Source: Octopus vulgaris | Taxonomy: Eukaryota | Assembly: GCA_951406725.2 (NCBI GenBank) | Contig: OX597818.1 | Span: forward strand, 62,868,001 to 62,932,000 | DNA: 64,000 nt | Reading direction: 5' to 3' | In this document: in pieces, positions 15,622 through 29,127 of the stretch | How the letters are laid out: the number at the start of each line of letters is the position of its first letter | How positions within the stretch are numbered: the stretch's first letter is position 1 | Program-made: the position numbers and the translations under genes | The notes under the pieces: model-generated | The model's database searches: none | The model's input: the letters and a program-made list of their open reading frames with translations, nothing else | What the model was told of the DNA's origin: nothing

Positions 15622-15846
15622 AGGGCGGCGAGCTGGCAGAATCGTTAGCACAAGGGCGAAATGCTTATTAGTATTTCGTCTGCCGTTACGTTCTGAGTTC
15701 CAATTCCGCCGAGGTCGACTCTGCCTTTCATCCTTTCGAGGTTGATTAAATAAGTACCAGATACGCACTGGGGTCGATATAATCCACTTAATCGGTTTGT
15801 TTGTCCTCTCTTTGTTTAGCCCCTTGTGGGTAGTAAAGAAATAGGT
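15622..15846 (+). mobile_element. SINE family B monomer with 18-bp target-site duplication
   Basis: ggcggcgagctggcagaatcgttagc..gagttc..gcctttcatcctttcg..gtaaagaaatagg; TSD AATAGGTTATCAGCAATA at 15604-15621 and 15840-15857. Confidence 0.9.
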
Positions 15847-16046
15847 TATCAGCAATACAATGAGAATACAGGACTGCTTTAATTAACTAGTCATGAAGCA
15901 TATACAACATGAGATAGAATTATATACCGGAAGATAAAGAGACAGATATAAAAAAGTACCAGTTCTAAAAATATAATAATTAGTGATGTCTACTCATTCG
16001 ACAAAACATTCTTCAGGGTGGTGCTTCAGCATGGCCACAGTAATGA

Positions 16047-16427
16047 AATGAACGTGCAAGATACCGAAAAATACTTCTCGCGAAAAGAACGTGCAAGTGG
16101 TTGAACGCTCAACACACACGCCCACCCTTAACGTAGTTCTCAGGGGTCGTGTGGCTTAGTGCTTACGATATTCGGATCACAATCGTGAGTTCGAAAGCCG
16201 AGAGTACATTGTGACCTTGAGTAGGACTCTTCATTTCACGTCATTCCTCTTCAATCACCTTTTTAAAAATGAGTAGTATCTGTTTTTTAAAGGGCCAGAA
16301 TTGTCACGTTCTGCGCCATGCTGAATCTTCCTGAGAACTACGTTAAGGGTAGGCGTTTGTGTTGAGCGTTCAACCACTTGCACGTTTATTTCGTGAGCAG
16401 TATTTTTCGGTACCTTGCACGTTCATT
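16047..16427 (+). mobile_element. SINE family D copy with ~98-bp inverted duplication of its 3' part placed before its head
   Basis: 16047-16144 is the reverse complement of 16330-16427; tRNA-like head from ~16145. Confidence 0.85.
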
Positions 16428-16609
16428 GCACGAGGAAACCGACGGAGTGTGATTTTTTTTCGTTGGGAAGTTGTCGATGATTTTGCGTCTATTGAAGATG
16501 CGCCTCCTCCTCCACAGATTTTCACTTATGAATTTTGATTATAGGGGACACTAAATTCGGGAAACAATTTGACAAGTATTTGTTTTTCTCAAGAAAGTTG
16601 TTGCTGTTT

Positions 16610-16852
16610 GTTCCTTCTCGAGCCATGCATGTTTCATAAGGGCTAGTTTCCCAGTTTCATTGGCGTATAGGTTCCCCACCTGGACCGGTCGCAGGTGAGC
16701 TGCTAGATGCAGGAGGAAAGGGTGAGAGAAAGTTGTGGCGAAAGTGTCAGCAAAAGTTCGCCATTACCTTTGGCCGGGGCTGAGTGGAGCTTAGGTGTAT
16801 CGTTCATAATCACACATCGCTCGGTCTGAGATTCGAACCCGCGATCCGCCGA
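16610..16852 (-). mobile_element. SINE family C
   Basis: Matches 56205-56495; B box complement gattcgaacc near 16830. Confidence 0.8.
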
Positions 16853-16987
16853 GTGAATAATTTAATGTAAGTGAATTAAGCAAAAAATGGCCCAGAGTTA
16901 TAGGGAAGTTGTAAGTATACCCGGTGTGTCAGGTTTATTCAAGGAATTTTTTAAAAAGTTGAATGATATTGATGTGTATATTTTAAT

Positions 16988-17349
16988 TCTTTATCTTTTA
17001 CTTGGTCAGTCATTTTACTGTGGCCATGCTGAAGCACCGCCGTGAAGAATGTTTTGTCGAATGATTGGACATCACTAATTATTATGTTTTTAAAACTGGT
17101 GCTTTTTATATCTGTCTCTTTTGCCGAACGTCTAATTTAGAGGACGTAAACAAACGAACACCAGTTCTCAAGTGGCAGTCAGGACAAACACACACGCCGG
17201 CTTCTTTTCAGTTTCCGTCAAACAAATCAACTCACAAGGCTTTGGTCGGCCAGAGGCTAGAGTAGAAGACTGTTGCCTAAAGTGTCACGCGGTGGGTTTG
17301 AACCCGGAACCATATACATGGGAGGTAAAATTCTTACAATACGGGCACG
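16988..17349 (-). mobile_element. SINE family A
   Basis: Tail gtggccatgctgaagcaccgcc, body caaggctttggtcggcc, head tgaacccggaacc. Confidence 0.82.
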
Positions 17350-17619
17350 AAATATAATCGAGGTCATAGGTCTTACGCAGAAAATATTATCAAATAAAAT
17401 AATTTTGATTTTAAGCAGTATTTTACGGTACCTTGCCATTTAAAAATTCACCTTACTAAGCCAAAGTACATAATTTGAATTTTAAATAGTGTGAATATAT
17501 TATAACCATCACTAAACTATCAAAATAAACCATATACGTCACACAATTGTTGCACTACAATTTATGAGGGATATATAAAGGTGTATATTATTATGAATCG
17601 ACTGAAAGTTTACTCTCAT

Positions 17620-17806
17620 ACATACATGCATACATACGTACATACATACATACATACATACATACATACATACATACATACTTACATACATATGTATATA
17701 TATATATATATGTGCGTGTGTGTATTCATATTTATATATATGCATGTATATATGAAATATCTAATATGTGTGTATATATGCATATATATATGTATATTTA
17801 TATATG

Positions 17807-17839
<33 letters not shown>

Positions 17840-18000
17840 TTATATATATATACGTTTATATATATATCTATGCATACAAGCGTATATATATATTTTTACA
17901 TATGTACGTGTATATTAATATGTGCATGCACATATATATATATATATATATATATGCATGTATGTATGCATGCATGCATGTATGTATATATATACACGCA
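17620..18000. repeat. (CATA)n/(TA)n microsatellite
   Basis: Direct inspection. Confidence 0.93.
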
Positions 18001-18903
18001 CACAATAGTAACTTCAGATTTTATTTTCATAAAAATCATGAAAATAAATGAAAGGAAAAAAAAGATTTCTAAAGCAATACTTAAAGAAAAAAAAAATATA
18101 ATCCACATGACGAAATAAATATGAATATGAAATTATTTGAAATTAGAAAAAAGAAAATGCCTATTCCTATATCCATTTATAAGATTGCTTTTCAAATTAC
18201 TTGGTTATAAATTCCAGTATTTTAGAAGATATTTAATAAAACATGATTAGATTCAGTCGATTTATTGAAATAGGCTAGTCAGCTGAATTGTCACTTCTTC
18301 TAGCTTCGGATTTTATAACTGTGGGTCATATAATTTTTATGATCATTAAAATATAATAAATATAAAATACGAATGCAAATTATGGTTTTACGAACGCCAA
18401 TAATACTTTTAAGCTGCAGTAAAATTATAATAAGATAGCTATTTGTGTCGCATAGAAGCGTACGCTGTCTATCAAAAGAATATGTTAATTGCTGTTTTGA
18501 CCGTATTGTAGGAGACTGGATATTCTATAAAATATATCTTTATTAGCTGATGCATTCATCAGGTTGCGTATATATTATGTAAAGATGAGTAACCATACAT
18601 GGTTGCATATGCGAAGCACCTGATATTAAGTCATCTGGTTTGTAAACGATTAGTCTTATATTCGTGTGTGTTATGGTCACTTCCAATCATTCGTCCTTGC
18701 AAATGATAATTTCACAGAGTTACACAATTAATGCTCGAGATTACGACACACGTCAATAAATTTCAGCTAATACTTTATTTTAAAGTCATATATAAACACC
18801 ATATTTTTACGCAAACTCTCTACATAGAAATAAAGAAAAAATTGAATCAATCGGACTAGCTTCAGTCTTGCCCTCGCAGATACTGCGTGGACATGTTTGT
18901 TCT

Positions 18904-19061
18904 GCGCAGGAGTGACTATGTGGTAAGTAGCTTGCTTACCAACCACATGGTTCTGGGTTCATTCCCACTGGATGGCACCTTGAGCAAGTGTTTCTACTAT
19001 AACCTCGGGCCGACCAAAGCCTTGTGAGTGGATTATGTAGACGGAAACTGAAAGAAGCCCG

Positions 19062-19107
<46 letters not shown>

Positions 19108-19203
19108 GTATGCATGTATGTGTATGTATATGTTTGTGTGTCCCCCCCTCATCGCTTGACAACTGATGGTGATGTGTTTACGTCCCCGTAACTTATTGGT
19201 TTC
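18904..19203 (+). mobile_element. SINE family A (3' truncated)
   Basis: gcgcaggagtgactatgtggtaagtagc..ggttcattccc..accttgagcaagtg..gaagcccgtc-(TA)n. Confidence 0.85.
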
Positions 19204-20577
19204 AACTTTTGACACAAGACCAACTATTTCGGGAAGTGCCGAAGTATTTTATATCGACCCCAATGCGTAACTTCTATTTAATTTATCGACCCTGAATGGA
19301 TGAAGCACAAAATCAAATCCGGCAGTAAGGACGAAAGAAATGTCGGTATGCATTCGTTTTTCCGCTGCGGTTATGATTCTGTCAACTCGCCTCATTAATA
19401 TACTTCAATATAGTTAACTGTAATTAAATACAATAGGAATATAAATTAAGTTTGTAAACAACTCAGGTGGTATTTTATGTTTATATATTTCAATTTCGAT
19501 TTTCTTTATATCTTTCTTTCATTTTCTAACCACTGAGTTATCGATAATATAATGTATAATTTACTGTACATTGTTTTATATCTACCCATGCGATTTTTAT
19601 CATAACACGCTTGGCTGTTTGCTGAGATAATGCTATTTCAGCAGTCGGTTAATTTTATCAATGTTTTATCTATTTTAGAAATGTTCTTACTTATGTATTG
19701 ATAAACATTCATTCTAACGTAGACTCTTTGTATCAATTTGCATAAATAACGCATTTTCAGCAGCCATATGATATTTACTATAATACAATAATTCGACAAA
19801 ATACTCTCAACGCAGCAGTATTATTAAATTAAACTACGTACCGAAATATGTACATTCGTCTATACACTTTCCTTAAAGCGTATTGTGACCAGCGATGTAT
19901 AGCTACACATATTAGTCTAGTCGATCATGTGATCACACGAATATAAAATAGACTAAACTGTTTACTATGTATTTTTGAGAACTCATAATGAAACTCCTAA
20001 GTATATTTACAATATTTTTGCACTAATTATATAAATGTAAGCGGTAACATCGTATCCACTTTATACATTCGAATTTTTTTCACCAGAGAATTGATATCGA
20101 GAAAAAGTACACATGCTTTTATATATAACAATCACGATGCTTATATTTGGGTGAGAAAAACTTACTTTTTATCAAAAGTTGTTATTACTTTTGACAGTAG
20201 TCGGTAATTAAATGATATACATTATCTAATTACCAGTTTCTGTGTTTTTAATGAAATAACATCATAGAGAAGATTATTTTTATTGGAAATTATATGACTA
20301 TTACTTTTACTTAAAAGCTTCATGTTTCTAGTTTGATGTTGTCCAAATATTTTCCGCTTAGATTGAATCTTATTGTAGTTACAGACTCTCTTAAGCAATT
20401 ATTCTGGCTGTCATTCCCCGGGGTATATACCCTTAGTGGAATCAGAGATGCTTCGTCGGGATGTATAACCTCTCTTGTGGATTATCTACGTTGCGAAGCT
20501 GATCCATCTCTTGATTTGAATACAGTCGAGTTCTTACAGTGAGGAACAGAGGGAAAGAAAGAATGACAGATAGATAG

Positions 20578-20622
<45 letters not shown>

Positions 20623-20967
20623 AAGGAAAGGGAGAGAAGAGTTCAAAAGACGGCAGCAGATAGAAAAGTGAGAAGAATTAAGAAGCTGCTTCAATACTCG
20701 AATGGTAATTGAGCGATCCAGATAAGATAAAAGGTAAATTGTCCATGGAATTTGGATTCAGGGTTCAGAGAATCGGAACAAATACAGCAAAGCGTTCTAT
20801 CCGACGATTTAATGAGTCTGGCGACTAGCCACCGAGTTCTTACATACGCACATACACACACACGCTCTCACAAACACGCAGGCACATTGCACGCATGCAC
20901 TCACATGTACACACATGCACACATACACGTACACCTACGCGCAGATATAGCGAAACTATATCTATGT

Positions 20968-21418
20968 GAAGGTGGCTAAAAAGTTGAGCTGACGATCGTG
21001 AGGTTGTGAGTTCGAGTCCCGGACGGGTTGAGTGTTGTGTTCTTGAGCAAAACACATTATTTCACGTTGCTCCAGTTCACGCAGCTGTAGAAATGAGATG
21101 CAACGTCACTGGTACCAAGCTGTTTCGACTCTTTTGCCTTTTCCCTTCGATAACACAGGTGGCGCGGAGGGGGAAGTCTGGTATGCATGGGTATCTGCTG
21201 GTCTTCCATAAATAACCTTACCCGGACTTGAACCTCGGAGGGTAACTTTCTAGGTGCAATATATAAATATATATATATATATATCCCCGAGAACTACGTT
21301 AAGGGTACACGTGTCTGTGGAGTGCTCAGCCACTTACACGTTAATTTCACGAGCAGGCTGTTCCGTTGATTCGGATCAACCGGAACCCTCGTCGTCGTAA
21401 CCGACGGAGTGCTTCCAC
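20968..21418 (+). mobile_element. Composite SINE: tRNA head joined through (TA)n to family D 3' body
   Basis: B box gagttcgagtcc ~21008; gagaactacgttaagggtacacgtg..gtaaccgacggagtgc at 21288-21412. Confidence 0.75.
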
Positions 21419-21957
21419 CATTCAATCAGAAAAAAATTCAAGTGTTAATATTTATAAAGTTTTTCAGTAATTAACAATTCTTTAATCGCAATAGCTGCCC
21501 GCAATAAAACGTTGATCCAGATGATTCACCTTGAAACAACGTTGCTCCCCACAAAATCCCACGTTAACGACAACCATTTTGAGGTTTATCCAAGGCCAGT
21601 CCGAAGAGAAATATTCCATGAGAAATTGGGGATAACATAACATGATCTTTCCTAGATTTCTCTTTCCACGCGAGAAATATAACCTGGAGATCCATGTGTT
21701 ATATGACACTTTCTATACAAATATTAATAGCTATCATATTAAATATATATGTGTTTGTATGTGTGTTTGTGAGTATACACACATACATACATCTGTCCAT
21801 CTATCAGACTTACTCACTCACTCACTCACTCACACACTAACTCACTATTTCTATACACACATATGTATGTATTTATGTACGTATATATAAGTGTGGTCTC
21901 GTTTGTGTTTGTCATATATATTGCAAACACAAATGCACTACACTTATACACACACAC

Positions 21958-22020
<63 letters not shown>

Positions 22021-22488
22021 ATATATGTAATATTTATGCCTACGCACAATATACACACATATACACAATAAAATACGTATGTGTTTTTGTAGATATCAAT
22101 CTGCCAGACGTCTGACACTTCCACTCCCCCCTTTCAGCAGACGTGTTGACCTAATTAATCTGTCTCTTTCCGCAATCTATTAAATATCTCTTCGTACCTC
22201 ACCTGTCCACCTACATCCACTACATTCGAAATATTCGATTCTCTCTGTGATATATAGATTAATCTACTTAAAAATATTAAATTTAGAAAAAAAATAAATA
22301 AACGGACATTGTTTGCAGAAACAACTTATACACTTAAAATTTTACGTTTCTGTATAAATGGGATATTTCATGCATCAATGGATATCGCTTTCTATAAGAA
22401 TATTCCAATCTAATTCAGTTGAGAAACTACCTCATCAATTCCCGCGATACATATACTATTCGACATATTGACAACTCCAATATGATTG

Positions 22489-22765
22489 AAGGTGCGTGGC
22501 TGAGGTCGTAGGATCGATTCCCGGTGTTATGCTTTTTCCGTGTGGAAGAAACTTTATTTCCCATTGCTCGAGTCCAGTCAGCTGGCATAAATAAGTCGTG
22601 CGTGCAGGGCAATGAGCCAGCCCCTCCTCCCACTGGTTCTCGCCGAGAACTACGTTACGAGTATGTGTGCCCGTACAGCGGTCAGCTACTTCCACTTTTA
22701 CTTCACGGGCAGGCTCTTTGTTGATCGAAATGACCGGAACACTCAGTGTCGTAACCGACGGGATG
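22489..22765 (+). mobile_element. SINE family D (degenerate)
   Basis: ggtgcgtggct..gatcgattcccgg head; gagaactacgtt..gtaaccgacgg body. Confidence 0.7.
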
Positions 22766-22792
22766 CACAGCCAAGCTTTTTATCTGTTTTGT

Positions 22793-23238
22793 GGTGACGA
22801 GCTGACTGGAACTTTAGCACGCCGGACAAAGTATTTGGCGACATTTCTCCGGCTATTAACTTTCTGAGGGATTCCACCGCGATCAACTTCACCTTTCATC
22901 CTTTCGCGCTCGATAAGGGAGAACACCATTTGAGCACTAGGGTCAACGTAATGGATCAATTTCCTCCCCCAAGACGTTTTGGTTTTGCACCCACAGTGAA
23001 AACAATTATTATTATTATTATTATTATTATTGTAAGGCGGTGAGTGGAACACCGGGCAAAAAGCTTAGCTGCATTTCGCCTGTCCTTACGTTCTGAGTTC
23101 AAATTTCGCCGAGGTCGACTTTGGCTTTAATCCATTTGGGGTTGATAGATTAAGTAACGGTTAAACACTGGTATCGATGTAATCGACTCGTCCCCTCCCC
23201 ACAAATTTCAGGCGTTGAGGCTTTAGTGAAAAGGATTA

Positions 23239-23303
<65 letters not shown>

Positions 23304-23304
23304 A

Positions 23305-23335
<31 letters not shown>

Positions 23336-23409
23336 AGTTATTATTGTTATTATTATTATCATTATTATTATTATCAATATTATTATTATTATTATTATTA
23401 TTATTGTTA

Positions 23410-23503
<94 letters not shown>

Positions 23504-23745
23504 CATCATCATCAATATTATTGTTATCATAAAGCTAACAAGATGGCAGAAACTGTAGAGCGTCGAAGAAAATACTTATCGGAATTTTTTTTTCCTTTTC
23601 TCAATGTTCTAAGTTTGAAATGCCAAACCCAGCCGATAATACGTTTCATCCATTCAAGGTCGATAAAATACGTACCAGTTAAGAACAGGAGTCGATGTAA
23701 TTGATTCCACCCGAACCGGAATATTGCCGGCGTTGTGCCAAAAAG
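22793..23745 (+). mobile_element. Cluster of three SINE family B (alternative-tail) copies separated by (ATT)n
   Basis: Copies at ~22793-23005, 23033-23238 and 23530-23745 with cctttcatcc..gataa..gtcgatgtaatcg; long (ATT)n at 23235-23528 extends from a tail. Confidence 0.75.
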
Positions 23746-24237
23746 TTGACAACGTGAGACAGAGAAATACTCAGCAATATAGGCCACATCAATCGGTTAC
23801 TAGATACAACTGCTTCCCCTCAAATATCATCAAAGCATTCCCATAATACGCCGATGCATACGAAAACAACTTACCGAAAGATAATACATCAGATTCGTTT
23901 GAAAATCTCTCAGTCAAATAATCAGAAACAATCTTTCTCTCTGTTTCTCTCTCGCCCTCCCATGAATATACCAGATTTCGAAGATCACTAACCTAAATTT
24001 ATATACTATTAACTGCAGGGGCAATGAATTTTACGTTACCTATACAACTATAAATTTAATCAAGAGTTGTTATTCATCATTCCTTGAGGTAGTGAAACTC
24101 GTTAAGCTGCCTTTTACCTTAAACAGACACGCATACAAGTACACTAACATATCTACACACATACATAAACACAGAATATATATATGTACATATATATATA
24201 TATATGTATTTATATATATAAATGTATGTAGACATGC

Positions 24238-24281
<44 letters not shown>

Positions 24282-24454
24282 ATGTATTTGTATACATGCA
24301 TGTGTACATATACAAACATATAAATAATTTGACACTCATATGTTGCTGTATCGACGTATACATACTTACACATACTTTTCTCTTCAAAGGTGAATCATTT
24401 AGGACTTAAACTGACCGCGGAATTTACAGAAGTATTTGATGACAACACAGCTTA

Positions 24455-24745
<291 letters not shown>

Positions 24746-24770
24746 TGGAAATTAGAACAAACAGTAAAAG

Positions 24771-25100
24771 TACATTATTTACATTCAACGGATATTTCTC
24801 CTCGTCTTGTTTGTTGGCGTAGTGGTTAAGAGCGCGAGCTACTAACACCAAGATTCCGAGTTCGATTCCAGGCTGTTACTTGAATAATAATAATACTAAT
24901 AATAATAATAGCATCGAAAAATAGCTTAGGAGTGGGAACCCAGGTTTGAAATTTCCCCAAGACGCTTGATGAAGACTGGAGGGTATATCAGTCGAAACAT
25001 TGTGTATACAACAAAAAAAGATGACAGATATCCGTGAAATATATAAATATAAATAATGTAAATAATGTACTTAATTCCTCATCTCTTAAATATAGAACTG
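24771..25100 (+). mobile_element. HHR-SINE copy 3 with 5' inverted partial duplication and TSD
   Basis: A box 24815-24825, B box 24860-24869, (AAT)n, HHR 24961-25005; 24770-24815 is inverted to ~25010-25070; AAACAGTAAAAG at 24759-24770 and 25101-25112. Confidence 0.87.
24961..25005 (+). ncRNA. Minimal type-I hammerhead ribozyme (family 1, compensatory stem II)
   Basis: gacgc-TTGATGA-a-GACTG-gagggtatat-CAGTC-GAAACATT-gtgt; GACTG/CAGTC versus GGCTG/CAGCC in other copies. Confidence 0.65.
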
Positions 25101-25274
25101 AAACAGTAAAAGGTTGTCTTTAAAGTACTTGGAGTTTCGAATGTCGGAGCGAAGAGCTACGATGCATTTCCGTCTGATACAATGACAAGTTTCTATTGTT
25201 TGTTCTGATTTATAACATATATAAATAATCCCCTCTATCTGTCTAATGTCGAGGTCTCATTCTTTCGTTAATAC

Positions 25275-25334
<60 letters not shown>

Positions 25335-25341
25335 GTTATTA

Positions 25342-25457
<116 letters not shown>

Positions 25458-25471
25458 GTTATTATTATCAT

Positions 25472-25772
25472 TCAGTAGTTTTATTTTTTTATAGCGTGCT
25501 TTCACTTCACACACTACTCTGTGTGCCTTGGGTATGTACTGTGATTTGTTGTGATGCTCTGATGGTTACTGTATTGAAAGTGTTCTGCGTAGGATGTGTG
25601 CAGTGCCTAGTAGTGCAATTTTCTGTATGTTATATGTGTTTGTAAGTCCTGGTGTTTGTGTTATGTATTTGTCTGAATATTTTATCATGCCTATTGCACC
25701 TACTATAATAGGAATTGTTTCTATTCTTAGATTCCACATTGTAGTTACCTCTATTTCCAGGTCTTTGAATTT
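25472..25772 (-). mobile_element. 3' end of a third R4/Dong-type retrotransposon
   Basis: KFKDLEIEVTTMWNLRIETIPIIVGAIGMIK..IQKIALLGTAHILRRTLSIQ*; (AAT)n on the sense strand at both ends. Confidence 0.85.
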
Positions 25773-26235
25773 TATTATTATAATTATTATTATTATTGTT
25801 GTTGTTGTTGTTGTTGTTTTTGTTGTTGTCGTCGTTGTTGTTGTAGTTGTTGTTTTTGTTACCATTTTTACCCCTCCACAAAAAGATCTCAAATTTTATT
25901 TAATTTGCTTTTCGCGGGAAGGAAAGTTTCTATCGAAGATGCGTATCGCCTTCACCTTCGAAGAGCAGAGTAGATGAAACCATGGCGACTGAAGAAGGGG
26001 AATTTTCCTTCTTTTATTTGTCCTGTACTCTATTTTTTCGTTGTTTAAGAAAAATGTCCAGTTCCTTGGTTTTGTGTTTATGTTTTCGCCTTTCATTGTG
26101 TTCTACGTCTTTTGGTGTCTTGTACCCATATATGCATCTATATATACATGTAGAAGTAGGTACGTACATATATGTATCTATATATGCATATGTTTTATTT
26201 ATTAATTTATTATATATATATATATATATATATAT

Positions 26236-26720
26236 CTTTTACGGGATTCAGTCATTAGACTTACGTCAAGCTGGAGGTACTACCTTGAAATATATTTGGT
26301 AGAATTATCATCCGCAGGTCTACCTTTGTTTTCATGCCTTGTACTTATGCTATAGGTCTCTTTTGCCAACAGCTAAGTTACGGGATGTAAACAAACTGGT
26401 ACCGGTTTTCAAACGATAGTGGGGAACAAACTCAGACGCAGACAAACAATGACGCACACACACACACACACACATACACACACGCACACGCACACATACA
26501 CACACACGTGTGCGCATGCCTACACACAAAGACACGAAGACTTCTTTCTGGTTGTCTCTACCAAATCCGGTCACGAGGCTTTAGTCGGGCCGAGGGCGCA
26601 GTTGAAGACACCTGCCCCAATGTGTCACACAGAGGGACTGAATCCAGAATAATGTATTTGGGAACAAGATTCTTACCTTATCGCCACACCTGCATCTATC
26701 CACGTAGGCATGCCTGTGCC
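26236..26720 (-). mobile_element. SINE family A (degenerate)
   Basis: ctaagttacgggatgtaaac..(CA)n..ctaccaaatcc..gaagacacctgccc. Confidence 0.78.
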
Positions 26721-26789
26721 CCCACACACCTACATACATGAATGCATATACATATATTAACATTTAGTGTGCAATGGTGGTTTTGGTAA

Positions 26790-27265
26790 CGTTTAGGAGA
26801 CTCTGATGCATCTTATCGCTGTCCTGTTGTCAAAGTATATCCATTTCTCATCACAAGTAATGATTTGATGCAAAAACGGTCTTTTCCAATCAAGGAGCAC
26901 ACTCGAGGTGTCGGTTTTTTTACTCTCTTAACGAGATGATGTGGAACAAACCTATCCGGTTTCTTGATTTATCCAATTTTTTACAGGTGTCCAAAAATAG
27001 TTGAGCCTGATGTTTGCAGTTCTCATGAAAGTTTTCAAACCTTAGTTCTGTTCTCGGATTTTGTTCAACCAAAGTATATAATCCATCATGCTGCATAACT
27101 GATTTTGGCCTAACCCTTGGTTTATTTTCAAGGCTATCATCTCTTCGACCTGAGCTCTGGAACCATCTATGAAGAGTTCTGATGTTAACAAAACCATTAC
27201 CAATGTGCAGCTTCATATTCTGTAGAGCTTCTGCTGCAGAGTGACCCAGTTTGTACTCAGCTTGA
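26790..27265 (-). mobile_element. mariner transposase relic (HTH to first catalytic Asp)
   Basis: EYKLGHSAAEA..RTLHRWF..SLENKPR.RP..LVEQNPR, and in another frame PFLHQIITCDEKWIYFDN. Confidence 0.85.
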
Positions 27266-27422
27266 GGGTTTAGTAGGAGACACTTGTCCACGGTACCATG
27301 CCATAGGACTGAATCTGCAACCATGTGGTTGTAAAGCAAGCATCTTATCACACAGTCACATTATCATTTTATGACTTGGTTGAAAAACTCCAGTCTTCTA
27401 ACTTGAATTTAGTGAAACATAA

Positions 27423-27840
27423 CTATTTCTTTATTGCCCACAGGGGGCTAAACACAGAGGGGTCAAACAAGGAGAGACAAGGTATTAAGTCGATTACATC
27501 GACCCCACTGCGCAACTGGTACTTAATTTATCGACCCCGAAAGGATGAAAGGCAAAGTCGACCTCGGCGGAATTTGAACTCACATCGTAACGACAGATGA
27601 AATACCTATTTCTTTACTACCCACAAGGTGTTAAACACAGAGAGGACGAACAAGGAGCGACAAACAGATTAAGTCGATTATATCGACTCCAGTGCGTAAC
27701 TGGTACTTAATTTATCGACCCCGAAATGATGAAAGGCAAAGTCGACCTCGGCGGAATTTGAACTCAGAATGTAACGGCAGACGAAATACCACTAAGCATT
27801 TCATCCGGCGTGTTAACATTTCTACCAAGCTTTCTGCCTT
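27423..27840 (-). mobile_element. SINE family B dimer with 11-bp TSD
   Basis: Two ~185-nt head-to-tail units behind one head; GTGAAACATAA at 27412-27422 and 27841-27851. Confidence 0.9.
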
Positions 27841-28223
27841 GTGAAACATAATAACGTTGACTAAACACCGACGATGTAGATGGCGCTGAAGTTTTACGAA
27901 AGAAAGAAATAAAATGGCAGACTAGACTGTAAAATATTCATGCTGGAAGTTTACTATGATTGACATCATCACATAAGAGTCTTGTTTTGAGGCTGATAGG
28001 CAGGCTTCTGACAGAAGATGCCGACGGGTTACAGCTTCCATTTATTTTAAATGAATATTAAGGGCAATTATGAAGTGAAAAGTTAGACAGAAACACAGAC
28101 AACGTCATTGGTCTAATATATGCACGTGATGTATGTGCTGTCATTGGTAGTTAAAAATTTACAACTTTGAAAGTGGTTATATATATAGATACATACAGAG
28201 ATACACACACACACACACACATA

Positions 28224-28294
<71 letters not shown>

Positions 28295-28298
<4 letters not shown>

Positions 28299-28427
28299 TG
28301 GTAGTATACTGTCAACTTAACGTGACAGTCCCGTAGGGGAATTATGCCACCGCTGTTTAGCCATAGGAAGCATCGACGCTTCCTCTTACGAGACTGTCAC
28401 GTTAAGTTGACAGTATACAACCACTCT
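28295..28427. mobile_element. MITE-like foldback (~42-bp inverted arms)
   Basis: agagtggtagtatactgtcaacttaacgtgacagtcccgta / tacgagactgtcacgttaagttgacagtatacaaccactct; internal hairpin ggaagc..gcttcc. Confidence 0.7.
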
Positions 28428-28482
28428 ATCGCTCCACCACAGCACATATCTCTATGAGATATTTAGAATTTTTATATTTCTG

Positions 28483-28514
<32 letters not shown>

Positions 28515-28672
28515 GTGTGTGTGTATTTATAGTTTCTTGATAGTTATTAGTTACGATCGTTATTAGTTATGATAACTATTTTTATAAATGGATTTAACGT
28601 ATTACATATAATTTAATTTGAGAATTAGTTGCAATAGACTATACATTATTTAATATATATATATATATATAT

Positions 28673-28789
<117 letters not shown>

Positions 28790-29074
28790 GATAGATAGAT
28801 AAATTAAGAAATGGAGCCAAAATGGAGGTGTAATCAAAATCATTTATGCGTCTAACATATGTTTCGAAGAAAGCATTGAGATTATTCCAGAGGGAATAAA
28901 AATGATGCAAAACAGTGCAGTCACCTCGTCAGAGACAAAAGAAAGGAACAAAACACATGAACAAGAAATATTAAACGAATGTGATCACCGCGCGCGTAAG
29001 TATAAGATATAAGGAGAACGCCAGCAGTTTATTTTTTTTAAAAACTGTTAATAGATTTAACGTCAAAGGTCAAT

Positions 29075-29127
<53 letters not shown>

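Noticed and set aside
20380-20700. Possible host exon or 5' UTR next to the (GA)n tract
   Set aside because: Unique-looking sequence, but no recognisable protein motif or convincing splice pair; needs RNA-seq.
25950-26000. Possible HHR (CGAAGAgc..GAAACCATGG, CTGAAGA)
   Set aside because: Core elements are not in a consistent order and stems do not pair.
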